A DNA stretch of 64,000 bases, taken from assembly GCA_963793865.1 (NCBI GenBank), contig CAWCBP010000004.1:96001-160000 (forward strand), written 5' to 3'. Source of the stretch: an uncultured delta proteobacterium (GTDB taxonomy: Bacteria > Desulfobacterota > WTBG01). The notes under the pieces are model-generated. The model ran no database searches. It was not told the DNA's origin and saw only the letters and a list, made by a program, of their open reading frames with translations. The position numbers and the translations under genes are program-made. Shown here in pieces: positions 20,236 to 29,906 of this stretch (the first letter of the stretch is position 1; each line of letters begins with the position of its first letter).

Positions 20236-21090
20236 ATGAAAACGTTCACCTGCAGGCTGTTTATAGTGTTATGTGCGCTTGTCACGCTTTTCTGCAACCT
20301 TCCTGATGCCGGCGCAAAGATTGAATGGTCTATTTTAAAGAACATTCCCCTCGAGGACACCCCCCGCGATATAGCCCTTTCGCGGGAAGGCACCACCGCG
20401 TATATTCTCTGCAGCAAGAGCGTGCAGGTGTACTCGTTAACCGACAACAAGATTACCGCAACCATTCCACTCACCGGGGAGTTTTCCCAGCTGGCCCTTT
20501 CACCCGACGGCGAAAAGCTTTTCCTCACCCAGGGCACGGGAAAACAGCTCACCATTATTCAAATTGAGCAGGTGTACGACATTCCCAAGGGCACGTCGCA
20601 GGTCATGGGCAAAGCCGCCGCGCCGGTCACGATTTTCGCCTTCCTGGATTACCAGTGACCCTACTGCAGCAGGATTTATCCTGTACTTGAGCAGTTGCTC
20701 AAGCAGCGTCCCAATGATGTAAACATGGTCATTAAACATTTTCCTCTCCCTATGCACAAATTCGCGGAGAAGGCTTCACTGGCGGCCCTGGCTGCTGCCA
20801 GGCAGAATAAATATCAGGAGCTGAGCGCGGCCCTGATGAGCGATTTCCAGAACTTAAGTGACGAATCCATCAAGAAGCACGCGGAAACAGCCGGGCTGGA
20901 CATGACAAAATTTAACGCCGCGTACAATGATCCGACACTTAAAAAACAGATCGAGGAAGACAAGCAGTTGGGCATGAGCATCAGCGTGAGGGGTGTGCCG
21001 GCAATCTTCCTGAATGGAAAAGCAGTCAAAGACCGCTCGGTCCAGGGACTTAACCAGATGATTGACGAGGCGCTGAAGAAGGCCAAATAA
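20236..21090 (+). CDS. Secreted DsbA-family thioredoxin selenoprotein (UPYC) with N-terminal YVTN/propeller-like segment
   Basis: In-frame TGA at 20656-20658 in FLDYQ-U-PYC; frame stays open through KHFPL and VRGVP; stem-loop after the UGA; AAGGAG RBS and signal peptide. Confidence 0.9.
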
Positions 21091-21113
21091 CTTTCAGCGT
21101 TCTGCGGAAATAC

Positions 21114-21148
21114 AAAACCCCCTCTCTCCACGGGTAGAGGGGGTTTTT
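21114..21148 (+). terminator. Intrinsic terminator
   Basis: aaaacccccctct...agagggggttttt. Confidence 0.8.
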
Positions 21149-21173
21149 ATATCAAAGCTTATATGCGGGCAAT

Positions 21174-21386
21174 GTCTTGTCCAAAAACGAGATTGCCACG
21201 CGGAGTTTATCCTGAGCGAAAAACGAGATTCTTCGCGTTGTTCAGAATGACAAGCGAAGGGCTCGCAACGACAAAATTATGTAATGACGCACCAACAGGG
21301 TCGTTGCGAGGAGCGTAAGCGACGAAGCAATCTCATGTAAAAAGTTTACTAAAATTAAAGGATGATTGTCTTGTTTTGGACAAGAC
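21174..21386. mobile_element. MITE-like element with GTCTTGTCCAAAA inverted ends and internal REP hairpins
   Basis: gtcttgtccaaaa...ttttggacaagac; right half recurs at ~49234-49321. Confidence 0.7.
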
Positions 21387-21468
21387 TGATGCGGGCTAAG
21401 TAACACCGGGGTCATACGCGCGCAGGTATTGAATGATGTCTTCCAGCTTTGTCTGCGCCGCGCTTATA

Positions 21469-22017
21469 TCATTCTTTACCCGGGAGGAAGTTTTGGCATA
21501 CCCGATCCCCATGATAAAGGTATCTTCGGCAGAAATCCTCCTTTAACCCCCTTATTACTTCGTTCACCTCCTTGATATATTCATCTCTCGGTACCACTAT
21601 CTCGGCGACCCGCTTATTTTTCAGCTCGGAAATGCGGACCAGCCACGACCGCACGACCTTGCCGCTGACCCCGCCCCCCTGCCCGGAGGCGGCTATTTTA
21701 ACAGACTGCTGCTGAAGCTTCTCCACCATGTACAATAGCTGTGCCTTATCTTCCTTCAGGCTGTCCCGCTCCTTCGCGGTCAAACGCAATTCTTCCTGAA
21801 GCTCCTTAACCCGGGTGCTCAGTTCCTGATTGGATTCTTTCAACTGCTCTGCAGGATTGTCCGCGCCACCCTGCGCTGATCCGGAAGTGCCGGGCGAAGC
21901 CGGATCTCCGCCCTGTTTATGAACACCGTACAGGACTGCAGCAATAAGCACTGCCAGGCAGGCGCAGATAAGCAGCCGGGCAGAGCGTCTGCTCCACCAC
22001 GAATTCGATGACGGCAT
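21469..22017 (-). CDS. Membrane-anchored coiled-coil hypothetical protein
   Basis: One N-terminal TM segment and a heptad-rich region. Confidence 0.6.
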   Translation of the reverse strand: MPSSNSWWSRRSARLLICACLAVLIAAVLYGVHKQGGDPASPGTSGSAQGGADNPAEQLKESNQELSTRVKELQEELRLTAKERDSLKEDKAQLLYMVEKLQQQSVKIAASGQGGGVSGKVVRSWLVRISELKNKRVAEIVVPRDEYIKEVNEVIRGLKEDFCRRYLYHGDRVCQNFLPGKE

Positions 22018-22046
22018 GGTCAATCGGTACCCCGCATCATGATGCT

Positions 22047-22673
22047 TCACTCGTCCCAGAAAAGGAAATCCGGCACCGGGCAATGCTGCTGAATGGGATA
22101 TATCGCGGCGATGCCCTCCCGGTCATAATCAGATATGATAATGTCCTGGTCCGAACGGAGTTCTCCGTAGTCGAAGAACGGATACATGAGATCGGAGGGA
22201 TCATCGCTGTGACGCAGTCCCAGCGCATGTCCGAGTTCGTGGCGGGCAACGCTGCGCATGCCGGCGCCGCTCATCCTCCGCCCCAGGGCCTCCGCATTAA
22301 GTTGAATCAGCGCGCTTCTCAGGACACACCCGGACTGCCCCACAGTCCTGGTCAGCGTTTGGCCCAGCGGGTAGCGATCGCCGGTTCTTATTATGATTGC
22401 CGCGTCCGCCTTCCTTACATCATCAGCCCAGGTGAGGACGGGGGCATCGTCAATGTCAGCCAGCACATCATTCCAGTCGTTTACCGCGGCCTCGATATCC
22501 AGCACCATCTGCCGGGGCTGCCGTTCCGAATCTTTTATGGCAACCGTTACCTGCGGTTTATTCCAGCCTGCACCGAGGAGATCCAGGGTTGAGGCACGGC
22601 CCACCCCTCCGCCTGCCACCGCAAGATATAAGGACATGCACAAAATCGCACCTGCTCTGCAAAGACTTCTCAT
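22047..22673 (-). CDS. Matrixin-family (M10) zinc metalloprotease
   Basis: HELGHALGLRH, Met-turn LMYP, signal peptide. Confidence 0.9.
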   Translation of the reverse strand: MRSLCRAGAILCMSLYLAVAGGGVGRASTLDLLGAGWNKPQVTVAIKDSERQPRQMVLDIEAAVNDWNDVLADIDDAPVLTWADDVRKADAAIIIRTGDRYPLGQTLTRTVGQSGCVLRSALIQLNAEALGRRMSGAGMRSVARHELGHALGLRHSDDPSDLMYPFFDYGELRSDQDIIISDYDREGIAAIYPIQQHCPVPDFLFWDE

Positions 22674-22984
22674 ATGCGCCAACTTTCTCCTCAATCAATT
22701 CGAAAACGGGAAGAAGCATGCGGTTTTGGATTGCCGCATCCTCATGCATCACACATCCGGCCGAATGCTCCACACTGCTTCGTGAGCCATCAGCCTTCAT
22801 CCTGTGCTTAACTATAGAACATATTATCCCTAAAAAGCAATAGGCAAAGCCCCCCAAGCAGCGGGACGGCATGATCATCCCCGGGCAAGACCGGCGAGAG
22901 CTTCTTCTTTACCCTCTCACGCTTGTATGCTATAAATGCAGCATAGGTATCCCCGTTTGCGGAAGCCGTAAAGAGCATCCTGTG

Positions 22985-23299
22985 ATGACAGAGAAAAGAA
23001 GCCATCCCCGTTTTGTCACTTCGGTGAGAGTTCAGGATGTGGCTACTTTATGCACCGGACTGACAAAAAACATCTCGCCGGGAGGCTGTCTGGTGGAGAA
23101 CACGGAAGGGTTTCATTACCTGCCGGTTAACACGCCCCTGATGCTTAAATTCGACATCCCGGGAGTTGTGGAGAACATAATCATTCAGGGTGAAATAAAG
23201 CACTGGGGGAAAGAGGGGGAGGCGTTCGGGGTGCAGTTTAAGGAGATTGATAAAAAATCAGCCTACTACATCGGCCGTTTCATGGGCATTTTTCTGTAA
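22985..23299 (+). CDS. PilZ domain protein
   Basis: EKRSHPR..NISPGG..FGVQF. Confidence 0.85.
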   Translation: MTEKRSHPRFVTSVRVQDVATLCTGLTKNISPGGCLVENTEGFHYLPVNTPLMLKFDIPGVVENIIIQGEIKHWGKEGEAFGVQFKEIDKKSAYYIGRFMGIFL

Positions 23300-23372
23300 T
23301 CAGGAGCAGAGGTGATCCGGGTATTGTCTAAATGCGGGGGCGACCGGCAGGTTGCCCCTCCTTATTTTCGAG

Positions 23373-23759
23373 TCAAAAGGCTTCAAAGAGGACACCTAAA
23401 AACAGCGCAAGGAACAAGTGATTTACCATGGCCCGGCACGGGGCAGGATCCAGAGTTTCCACACACTGCCGGCCATAATAAATGAACATAAAAGTATTAT
23501 ATAACGCAATCCACCCCACCACATCCACGTCCATCACCCGGATACGATCAAAATCCTCTTCCCCGATATATGCTTCATCACTGCGGGAATCATCAGGCAA
23601 CGCCATCGGTTCATAAAGCTCTTCAAAAGCAGGGTTGCTTATTGCTCCGCAACAGCAATTCCCACCCTTTTCCAGGGCACCTGCCTGCGAAAACAGAGAG
23701 CCGGACAGGAAGCAACAGACAGTCATTAAAGAAAGAGTGCGGATTCTTTCGGCAGGCAT
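23373..23759 (-). CDS. Hypothetical exported/membrane protein
   Basis: GGAGG RBS, signal-like N-terminus, two hydrophobic C-terminal segments. Confidence 0.55.
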   Translation of the reverse strand: MPAERIRTLSLMTVCCFLSGSLFSQAGALEKGGNCCCGAISNPAFEELYEPMALPDDSRSDEAYIGEEDFDRIRVMDVDVVGWIALYNTFMFIYYGRQCVETLDPAPCRAMVNHLFLALFLGVLFEAF

Positions 23760-23844
23760 AGAACCTCCAAAGATAAGGAAACTGGTTAGCTAAAAGTCTT
23801 TCCCTCGGTGTACCGGCTCAGGCACATGCGCAGAGATACAATGA

Positions 23845-24906
23845 TTACTCTCCCGACAGCGTCTTGTCGACCCTCTCCATGATATCGGGGATGGGCAGCT
23901 TGAACGGGCATTTCTCAATACACAGTCCGCAGGCGACGCAGTCAGCCGCGGTCTTCGCGCCGCGCTCCTTCATCACCTTGTAGATGGCCCGCTTCTGCTC
24001 CAGGCTGATGGTGGAGGTCTTGAGCAAATCAAACTGGCTGAATATGTGTATCCCCTGGGAGCAGGGCAGGCAATATCCGCAGCGGTGGCAGTACTCCTGG
24101 CCGACGGGACGGGCGATTTCCTCCAGCTCTTTCAGCTCCGCGGCGGAAAGCGGTACATAGCTGTGCCCGGGCTGGATATTCTGCTTTAATTCCTCCATGG
24201 TCTTCATTCCCGGAATTATGATGTCCACATCATAGTTCATGATCCAGCGGATACACAGGTCCGCGCGCTGGGTGAGCTGGCCTCCTCCCAGGGGCTTCAT
24301 GGCAATGGTGCCTATATCGTGCTCTTTGCAGTAGGGTATGACCTCCTTCAGGTATTCCTGCTCAATAACGGTAAAGGGAAATTCGGCCACATCAAAGCGG
24401 TCCGTCTTGAGGGCCTTCATGAGCACTTTGGGATTGTGGGAGGCAACCAGCACATAATCGAGCTTGCCCTGCTCACGCGCTTCTTCAACGGCGGCAAGCC
24501 CTCCCTCGCGGGAAGTAAGCAGGTCCAGCTTCTCATCTATGTCCACGTGCGCCAGGTGAAAGAGGTCAATCTTCTCCCGGCCGGTCCCCTTGAAGATGAG
24601 ATCCAGCGCCTTGTCAATGGCGCGGGCCACGTCATCCTTTTTGGCGAACATGGTTTTTATGCCCACATACAGGTCGTTTCTTCTCTTCTTGAGCACCGGG
24701 CCGAGCTTGTTCCGGGTATCCTCGTACACCACCGCGGGCACAAACTGGTTTCCCGCCTCATCGCAGTCGATATAATTGATCCCCTCGTCAAGCGCCGCCT
24801 CAATCAGGGCGGTGGCCTCTTTAATCTCTTTGAAAAAAAGTGCCAGCCCGCCGTAGGATATGACCGACAGCTCCAGATTTGTCCTGCCCAGACGCTTGTA
24901 TCGCAT
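23845..24906 (-). CDS. Aldo/keto reductase with C-terminal 4Fe-4S dicluster
   Basis: MRYKRLGRT, MKPLGGG, CHRCGYCLPC, CVACGLCIEKCP. Confidence 0.92.
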   Translation of the reverse strand: MRYKRLGRTNLELSVISYGGLALFFKEIKEATALIEAALDEGINYIDCDEAGNQFVPAVVYEDTRNKLGPVLKKRRNDLYVGIKTMFAKKDDVARAIDKALDLIFKGTGREKIDLFHLAHVDIDEKLDLLTSREGGLAAVEEAREQGKLDYVLVASHNPKVLMKALKTDRFDVAEFPFTVIEQEYLKEVIPYCKEHDIGTIAMKPLGGGQLTQRADLCIRWIMNYDVDIIIPGMKTMEELKQNIQPGHSYVPLSAAELKELEEIARPVGQEYCHRCGYCLPCSQGIHIFSQFDLLKTSTISLEQKRAIYKVMKERGAKTAADCVACGLCIEKCPFKLPIPDIMERVDKTLSGE

Positions 24907-25177
24907 TGACCATTACCTCCTTACTTTTATGTGCCGCGCACGCAAACGTTTTCAAGCTTTTTATATAAAATTGCGGCCGGCACTGTCAAGCCATTTGCGG
25001 CAAACATGATTCTTGCTTCCAATGGACTTTACCCCGCACGCCGTTGTGTGGTATAGGAAAGGCACAGCGCTCAGAAAACGCCGCCGGTAAGGCACAACAG
25101 GATACGGGAAGATGTCGGAAAATTTCGGGGCTGTCGGGTACATGCCAAGAGGTTAAATCCACAAAAAGGAGAGCCGT

Positions 25178-25726
25178 ATGTCAAAAATCAAACAACCCAC
25201 AATACCTTCATTTGTTCTGTCATCGTTTAAGCAATTCGGGGTGAAGATAAAACACTTTAACTCGCCGGCTGCCTTTGAAAAAGTGCTTATGCAGTTTATC
25301 ACCAGGAACAATGTGCTTCACCTCAGCACCTGCAGAAACAACATCACCAGAACCACCCCCATAGAATACCGTCCGGATGGATTTACCTTTTACATGCTTT
25401 CCGAGGGGGGAAGCAAGTTCAACAACCTGAAGGTCAATAAAACGGTCTCATTTTCCATTGCGGAGCCGTATTATCCTGACAAGGATTATTGGGGGGGCAA
25501 GGGATTGCAGGCGTGGGGAAAGGCAAAGGTCTATGGCCGGAAGGATAATCCCCGCCGCTTTGAAACCGCCCTGAAGAAGATGCGCGTCTATGAGTCACTC
25601 AAGAAAATGGGGCAAACGCAGCTTCCCGCGAACTTCAACATCCGGGTTATAGAAATTACCCCGGACCGGATGAAGTACAGGAATGTGCGCGAAGGGGTGT
25701 ATAACGTCACCTGGGAAAGGAAGTGA
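25178..25726 (+). CDS. Pyridoxamine 5'-phosphate oxidase-like split-barrel protein
   Basis: LSTC...RTTPIEY...KFNNLKVNKTVS...GLQAWGKA. Confidence 0.75.
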   Translation: MSKIKQPTIPSFVLSSFKQFGVKIKHFNSPAAFEKVLMQFITRNNVLHLSTCRNNITRTTPIEYRPDGFTFYMLSEGGSKFNNLKVNKTVSFSIAEPYYPDKDYWGGKGLQAWGKAKVYGRKDNPRRFETALKKMRVYESLKKMGQTQLPANFNIRVIEITPDRMKYRNVREGVYNVTWERK

Positions 25727-25771
25727 AACCGGCATGGCCTGCAGCAAGGGTGACGAAGGGAATGTGCGCGG

Positions 25772-25981
25772 TTATATGCTGGCCATCCCAACCACCCACA
25801 CTAATATCGCAATCGCTCCGGATAATATGCATGCCACTTGCAGTGCTTTCTTTCTGCTCAGCTGTTCGTACGGCAGGACAATCTTTTTCTGAGCCGCTAA
25901 TGAATGCAGCAGGTAACTCGCTGCAACGAACGTCCCGTAGGCCAGGAGCCACAGGATAATAACAAATAAAGCAATATGCAT
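25772..25981 (-). CDS. Small two-TM hypothetical protein
   Basis: GGAGG RBS and two hydrophobic helices. Confidence 0.5.
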   Translation of the reverse strand: MHIALFVIILWLLAYGTFVAASYLLHSLAAQKKIVLPYEQLSRKKALQVACILSGAIAILVWVVGMASI

Positions 25982-26268
25982 CGTTTCCTCCGTTTCTTTT
26001 TAAGGCGCATTAACCTCTCAAACAATCCGCTTGCCCCTCATCAACACCCGCACCACTTTACCCCTGCACATATGGGTCAGGGGTTGTCACGCTTGCCGAT
26101 TTCCCCATGCAGATAGCATTGCATTGTAATTCAACCATGAAATGCTTATTTTTTCAACAAAAAAACCCTCGACCATGCGGCCGGGGGGGCTGTTTGAGAA
26201 AGGGGAGGCGTAGAATCCAGTCCCTCTTATTATGGATGATGTCTTTCCGTGCTCTCGTAATGGAAAGA

Positions 26269-27350
26269 GGGGACGTAGGTGAATAGACAACTTACAGATA
26301 ATTTTTTATCTCAGGGAGTTCCTTCGAGTTTGCACTTCTATTCACTGCGGACGTCGTCATCCCCAGATACCGCGCTACTTCTGCTCCATAATAGTTGAGC
26401 TTCTTCACCGCCAGCTGACACAATATCCTGCGTGCTCGTACCGCTGCCGCGCTCCTGCTCCCTCCTCTCAAAACTTTCTCTTCCACACCTTCGCGATTCG
26501 CTATTTCCTGGGCCAATGAATCGAGATCCCTTCCTTTTAAAGACAAGCGCAATGTCTCCTTCTCTTTTCCCTCGGCCTCACGTAACAGTCCGCTCACAAA
26601 ATCACTGCTCCCCAGTATACGGTCATCATGGACGATCTGCATCCCTTTCCGCCTCAGCGATACTACCTGCGACCAGCCCCCCAGGCTGCGTATCAATCCC
26701 CCTCCTACTAATTCAGGCCGTCTTCCCTGACCTACCCCTTCTCTTACAAATTCTTCATATTTCATAACCGCAGTTTTCCTCCTACTGCCAAAATAGCCAA
26801 GTACCGTTTCCACATCCTGCCATTCCCGTTTTACATTTCCCAGCAGTGCTGCATGTCCTGTCCATACATACCGGCTCAGCTCGCCCATCCCTTTTACCAC
26901 GCCGGCTCGCAATGGATTAAGATGGATGTATCGGGTGAGCTCTAAAAGATAAGGATCGTCTTCACAGATGATTGACTTGTATCTGTTTTGAAAAAGATGG
27001 CCATAGCGTTTGTGCCGGCGATTAAAATTGACCACATAGCCGGTCAATAGCTTCTTCATACTATACGACAGCGATTGCCGGCATGTCCGTATCAACAGGT
27101 GGAAGTGGTTTTCCATCAATGCAAAGGCATATACTTTCCATGCTTTTTCCTGGCACAACAGGGCTACCCGGTTGAGAAAGTCTTTCCGATCGTCCTTGTG
27201 TCTGAATATGGCTGTTTTTTCTATCCCCCGGCCCATCACATGATGGAGCGTTCCGGGGGCATCAAGTCGTGCTTGTCGCGGCATACGGCCTCTCTGTTCC
27301 CTTTCAAATACCCTGTCAAGATAATTATGCACCTATTCACCTACGTCCCC
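26269..27350. mobile_element. 1082-bp element bounded by perfect 18-bp inverted repeats, carrying a RAYT-like transposase
   Basis: ggggacgtaggtgaatag (26269-26286) and ctattcacctacgtcccc (27333-27350). Confidence 0.8.
26292..27284 (-). CDS. RAYT/IS200-like HUH (Y1) transposase with C-terminal HTH
   Basis: MPRQAR..HHVMGRG; MENHFHLL (HUH); GHLFQNRYKS; YIHLNP. Confidence 0.9.
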   Translation of the reverse strand: MPRQARLDAPGTLHHVMGRGIEKTAIFRHKDDRKDFLNRVALLCQEKAWKVYAFALMENHFHLLIRTCRQSLSYSMKKLLTGYVVNFNRRHKRYGHLFQNRYKSIICEDDPYLLELTRYIHLNPLRAGVVKGMGELSRYVWTGHAALLGNVKREWQDVETVLGYFGSRRKTAVMKYEEFVREGVGQGRRPELVGGGLIRSLGGWSQVVSLRRKGMQIVHDDRILGSSDFVSGLLREAEGKEKETLRLSLKGRDLDSLAQEIANREGVEEKVLRGGSRSAAAVRARRILCQLAVKKLNYYGAEVARYLGMTTSAVNRSANSKELPEIKNYL

Positions 27351-27373
27351 CCATTTTTCCTATTTGACAATGG

Positions 27374-29194
27374 TTAGCGTAATGTGTCGATCAACTTGGA
27401 TAATTGGGGATTAACCTTACCACCCTGTTTTAATGCTTCATCATAGTGCATAAGTGCCCGATCATAATCTTTCTTTGAGTAGTAGGCAACGGCCAGATTG
27501 CTATGTGCATTCGCATTATTGGCGTTGATGGCTAATGATCGTTTTATTGCCGCAATCGCACTTTCCACATCGCCCTTCATGAAGTAAGCACTGCCAAGGT
27601 TGTTATATGCCTTAGCGTTGCCTGGATTAATAGCCACAGCCTGCTTAAAAGCTGCGATTGCTTCATTAAGCCTTTCCTGCATGACGTAAATTTTACCCAG
27701 ATTATTATATGCCTTGTCGTAATTCGGCTGTAACTGGACTGTTCGCTTGAACTCAAATATTGCTTCGTCATACTTGCCGTTTTGCATGTACGCATTTCCG
27801 AGATTATAATGCACCAGCGGATCACTTGCTGGAAAAGGAAACATAGTAACAACGCTGGTCCAAAGGTTCTCAGAATCTCGCCAGACGGGTATTTGTTGTC
27901 GGGTCGCCTGCATGAGTAGATAAATGTAGAAGGCAGGTATAAGTATAAGAGGCGTTATAATACCCTTGTGTAATCTAACGTACTTTCTGAGCAAAATCCA
28001 AAACATACCTGTTCCCATCATCACAAAAACAGAGATGGTGGGTAGATAAGTATAACGGTCTGCAGCTGACTGACCGCCGACCTGTATGATTCCCAGAACC
28101 GGGGATAGTGTTACAACATAATAGGCCCATGCAATGAGCAGGAGATAATTTTTCTTTTTTGCCATCCAGAGTGACAAGCAGGTTATGGCTGCTATGATCA
28201 GGAAAGAAAATACATAGTGAAAATCAAGCCAGTGGGTGTGTTTGGGAAAGGGGTAAAATGGTACCAGATTGATTGGTACGATCGTTTTCTCAACGTAGAA
28301 AAGTAGAGACCTCAACGCGTTGAGTATCCTTGCATCGGCAGGCATCTCTTGCAGATTGCGGATGGCTCTTCCATAATTTTGGGCAGTGATGGTTATGAAA
28401 CCAGACACTATGCTGAAAAGAAAAAGGGGCGTTTTCTCCAGCAGCGGCCTCCCTTTTTCCCGCGGTGCGTTTCCGAATCTAGAAAGTGGGTATAAATCCA
28501 AGAGAAGCAATACGACAGGCAAGGTTATGGCCATTGGCTTTGATGCCAGGGCGAGCAGGAAAAAAGCGGTGGTGCAGGCAAACCATACCCATCGGTTTGG
28601 TGCTGATAGTGGAGAATTGTAATAGAGATACGAGAGCACACTACAAAGAAAGAAAAAGGCGCATAGGAGATCTTTGCGCTCTGCCACCCATGCCACTGAC
28701 TCCACCCTTAATGGATGAAGGGAAAAAAGGAGGGCCGTAATGGCTCCGGAAAGCAGACAAGAGCTGATCGGGGCATGTGATGACATTTGTCGGCTATCAC
28801 TGGTTTTCCCTTCCTCCGCTACCAAAATAAGTTTTATCGTTAAAAAAAACACAAGCAGGCAGTTCAAAGCGTGCAAGATAATGCTGCTTAAATGATGGCC
28901 CGAAGGTTTTACCCCAAAGAGGTCATAGTCAACAGCGTGACTGATCCAGGTAAGCGGATGCCAGTTGCCCTGATAAAAGGTGCCGCACATTGCAGCCAGG
29001 GTATGGAGATCTAATGAACGGATAAGTTGATTCTCAGTGATATATTGTATGTCATCCCAAACAAAGCCATTTTTAAGTGATGGCATGAAAGTAACCAGCG
29101 TCAGCACAAAAATGAAGAGAGCGACCGTACCTGCCAGAAGTACAAGCCGCCCTTTGCGTGAGGAATGGTCATCAATATGTGTTTGTTCAGTCAT
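27374..29194 (-). CDS. TMTC-like GT-C membrane glycosyltransferase with TPR repeats
   Basis: FVWDD, WHPLT, HPLRVESVAWVAERKD, ADRYTYLP, C-terminal TPRs (AYNNLG). Confidence 0.85.
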   Translation of the reverse strand: MTEQTHIDDHSSRKGRLVLLAGTVALFIFVLTLVTFMPSLKNGFVWDDIQYITENQLIRSLDLHTLAAMCGTFYQGNWHPLTWISHAVDYDLFGVKPSGHHLSSIILHALNCLLVFFLTIKLILVAEEGKTSDSRQMSSHAPISSCLLSGAITALLFSLHPLRVESVAWVAERKDLLCAFFFLCSVLSYLYYNSPLSAPNRWVWFACTTAFFLLALASKPMAITLPVVLLLLDLYPLSRFGNAPREKGRPLLEKTPLFLFSIVSGFITITAQNYGRAIRNLQEMPADARILNALRSLLFYVEKTIVPINLVPFYPFPKHTHWLDFHYVFSFLIIAAITCLSLWMAKKKNYLLLIAWAYYVVTLSPVLGIIQVGGQSAADRYTYLPTISVFVMMGTGMFWILLRKYVRLHKGIITPLILIPAFYIYLLMQATRQQIPVWRDSENLWTSVVTMFPFPASDPLVHYNLGNAYMQNGKYDEAIFEFKRTVQLQPNYDKAYNNLGKIYVMQERLNEAIAAFKQAVAINPGNAKAYNNLGSAYFMKGDVESAIAAIKRSLAINANNANAHSNLAVAYYSKKDYDRALMHYDEALKQGGKVNPQLSKLIDTLR

Positions 29195-29421
29195 ATGGAT
29201 TGGTATCAATATTAAATAACGAGAGACGGGACAATTGATTTGCCCTCATTTTATGTACCACCTTTTATGTTAAGGGTCTAGGGCATTTTTCCGCCCAAGA
29301 AACATAGACAATGATTCATCCATCCTCACAAAAAACAGCCCCTGCCTACCAGTGGGCAAGGGGGCTTTGCTAACAGAATAACCTTCAGAGAAAACAGCAG
29401 GATCAAAAAGAAGAGAGGTCC

Positions 29422-29901
29422 GGGTCAAAAGGAGTTACCGGCGTGGCAAGTTTAACCTACCCAAGAACGGAAAGACACGCAAGGTGGACATGTCGGATCA
29501 GTTGACTGATATGCTGAAAGGACTAATGCCATCACAGTAAAAAAGAGGCACTTAAAAGCGGTACAGGTGAGTTACCTGATCTGATATTTAAGCAGGGCGG
29601 GGAGATAATGGAACAGAATTTTGTCAGAAAGATACACAAGCGGATTTTGAGGAAATCTGGGTTACGTCAGATTCGCCTCCACGACCTTCGTCACACCTAT
29701 GCTTCACTCCTTCTCTCTAAAGGAGAGAGTCCTGTCTACGTAAAAGAGCAGTTAGGTCATCATTCGATCCAGATGACCGTGGATATTTGCGGTCACCTGA
29801 TCCCCAGTTCAAACAGGCAGGCAGTAAACAAACTGGATGACCTATCTGCACCCCAGGTACACCCGGATTATAATAAGAGTAGTCAAGTGATTGAAAAATA
29901 G
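29422..29901 (+). pseudogene. Truncated, frameshifted tyrosine integrase (C-terminal part)
   Basis: PKNGKTRKVDM, a frameshift, then HDLRHTYAS and LGHHSIQMTVDICGH (catalytic Tyr replaced by Cys); abuts the tRNA-Leu 3' end. Confidence 0.85.
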
Positions 29902-29906
29902 GAAGG

